From: Octopus bimaculoides
Lineage: Eukaryota
NCBI RefSeq assembly: GCF_001194135.2
Contig: NC_069003.1
Span: 32,943,327-33,007,326, forward strand
Length of the DNA: 64,000 nucleotides
Direction of reading: 5' to 3'
Shown: positions 63,270 to 64,000 of the stretch, in pieces
Position numbering within the stretch: position 1 is the stretch's first letter
Layout of the letters: every line of letters starts with the position of its first letter
The notes under the pieces: model-generated
Databases searched by the model: none
The model's input: the letters and a program-made list of their open reading frames with translations, nothing else
Told to the model about the DNA's origin: nothing
Position numbers and translations under genes: made by a program

Positions 63270-63377
63270 CACTATCAATTCATCTCCAACAACTTCTTGG
63301 ACACTCTCAATCGTTGCTTGATTATAGTAATTTGTGCATTTATCATACCATTTGCCATTTTCAATTTTACAAAACAC
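63270..63377 (-). CDS. FABP/intracellular lipid-binding protein family, penultimate exon (VFCKIENGKWYDKCTNYYNQATIESVQEVVGDELIV)
   Basis: tgtattttccag| acceptor, |gtgagt donor, 108 nt phase 0. Size, phase and the C-terminal EVVGDELIV match the third exon of FABP-family genes. Confidence 0.8.
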
Positions 63378-63799
63378 CTGGAAAATACAAGGATAGAATG
63401 TTAATAATTGAAGAAACAATACTTTCTGTAGGGAAATGGGAGGGGAAAATGGAAATGGTAATTAATAGCTTCACACATCTGTGGAATTTGAACTTAGACT
63501 GTAAAGAGTCAAAAGAAATGCAACAAAGCATTTTGAATGGCATCCTAACAATCACCTTCTGAAAGAAATCATGTGTGGGGAGAGAGAGAGAGAGAGAGAG
63601 AGAGTATTCTTATTCTCCACTTAAGAGAATCTATTTCCAGTGTGCTCGTTGTACTTATTGCTTCAGCGCATCTTTCACATTCAAACCTTACTTTCTCTGT
63701 TGGTCAATCTGTGATTCCGCTACACCCTTTCTCTGTCCTTAGTACAGCATCTGGACTTCATACCTATACTCTTTCCGGATATCAAGCAGGACCACTTTC

Positions 63800-64000
63800 G
63801 TGATGGTGCCAGTGTCCTGTCTTCTGTCCTAATCACAAACATTTCTGTCATACTTAGCAAACTTTACCTTGAAGACTTATGGGTTGAGGTTTAGTTTCCA
63901 TGCCTGGAATTACCTTTCTAATTCCACTATAGATTTAGCTATGAGAACTACAGGAATTCCCATGGACAGCCAGTTTTAAACTCCTCTGTAATGGCCTCTA
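63800..64000 (-). mobile_element. RTE-clade LINE RT-domain remnant, running off the window
   Basis: LEAITEEFKTGCPWEFL-(YADD deleted)-VLIAKSIVELER..QAWKLNL. Confidence 0.7.

Overview
AT-rich, gapped, microsatellite- and SINE-dense eukaryotic DNA. The repeat families and gene content point to an octopus genome (inference). No prokaryotic-type features (CRISPR, operons) and no intact tRNA or rRNA genes were seen. Four intron-containing genes were reconstructed by hand from GT-AG boundaries, all on the minus strand. From right to left they are: (1) the last two exons of an FABP/iLBP-family lipid-binding protein (63377-62877); (2) a complete 4-exon mitochondrial fission factor, MFF (59464-52538, 225 aa); (3) a 7-coding-exon, 360-aa ankyrin-repeat protein with an N-myristoylation motif (29149-18890); (4) the first coding exon of AP-3 complex subunit delta, AP3D1 (9140-9045), which continues out of the visible sequence. 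Between and within the genes are decayed RTE, CR1, R4/Dong, Penelope and mariner fragments, several SINE families, and hAT, piggyBac, Tigger and Helitron-type non-autonomous elements. The most notable unexplained signal is a set of three hammerhead-ribozyme motifs. The best (13080-13156, minus strand) has an extended stem I and sits in a ~339-bp partially tandem unit, resembling a retrozyme. A decayed Penelope reverse transcriptase lies elsewhere in the window. Several strong RNA hairpins and inverted SINE pairs bracket exons of the ankyrin gene. Most ORFs in the supplied track are artefacts of microsatellites or N gaps.
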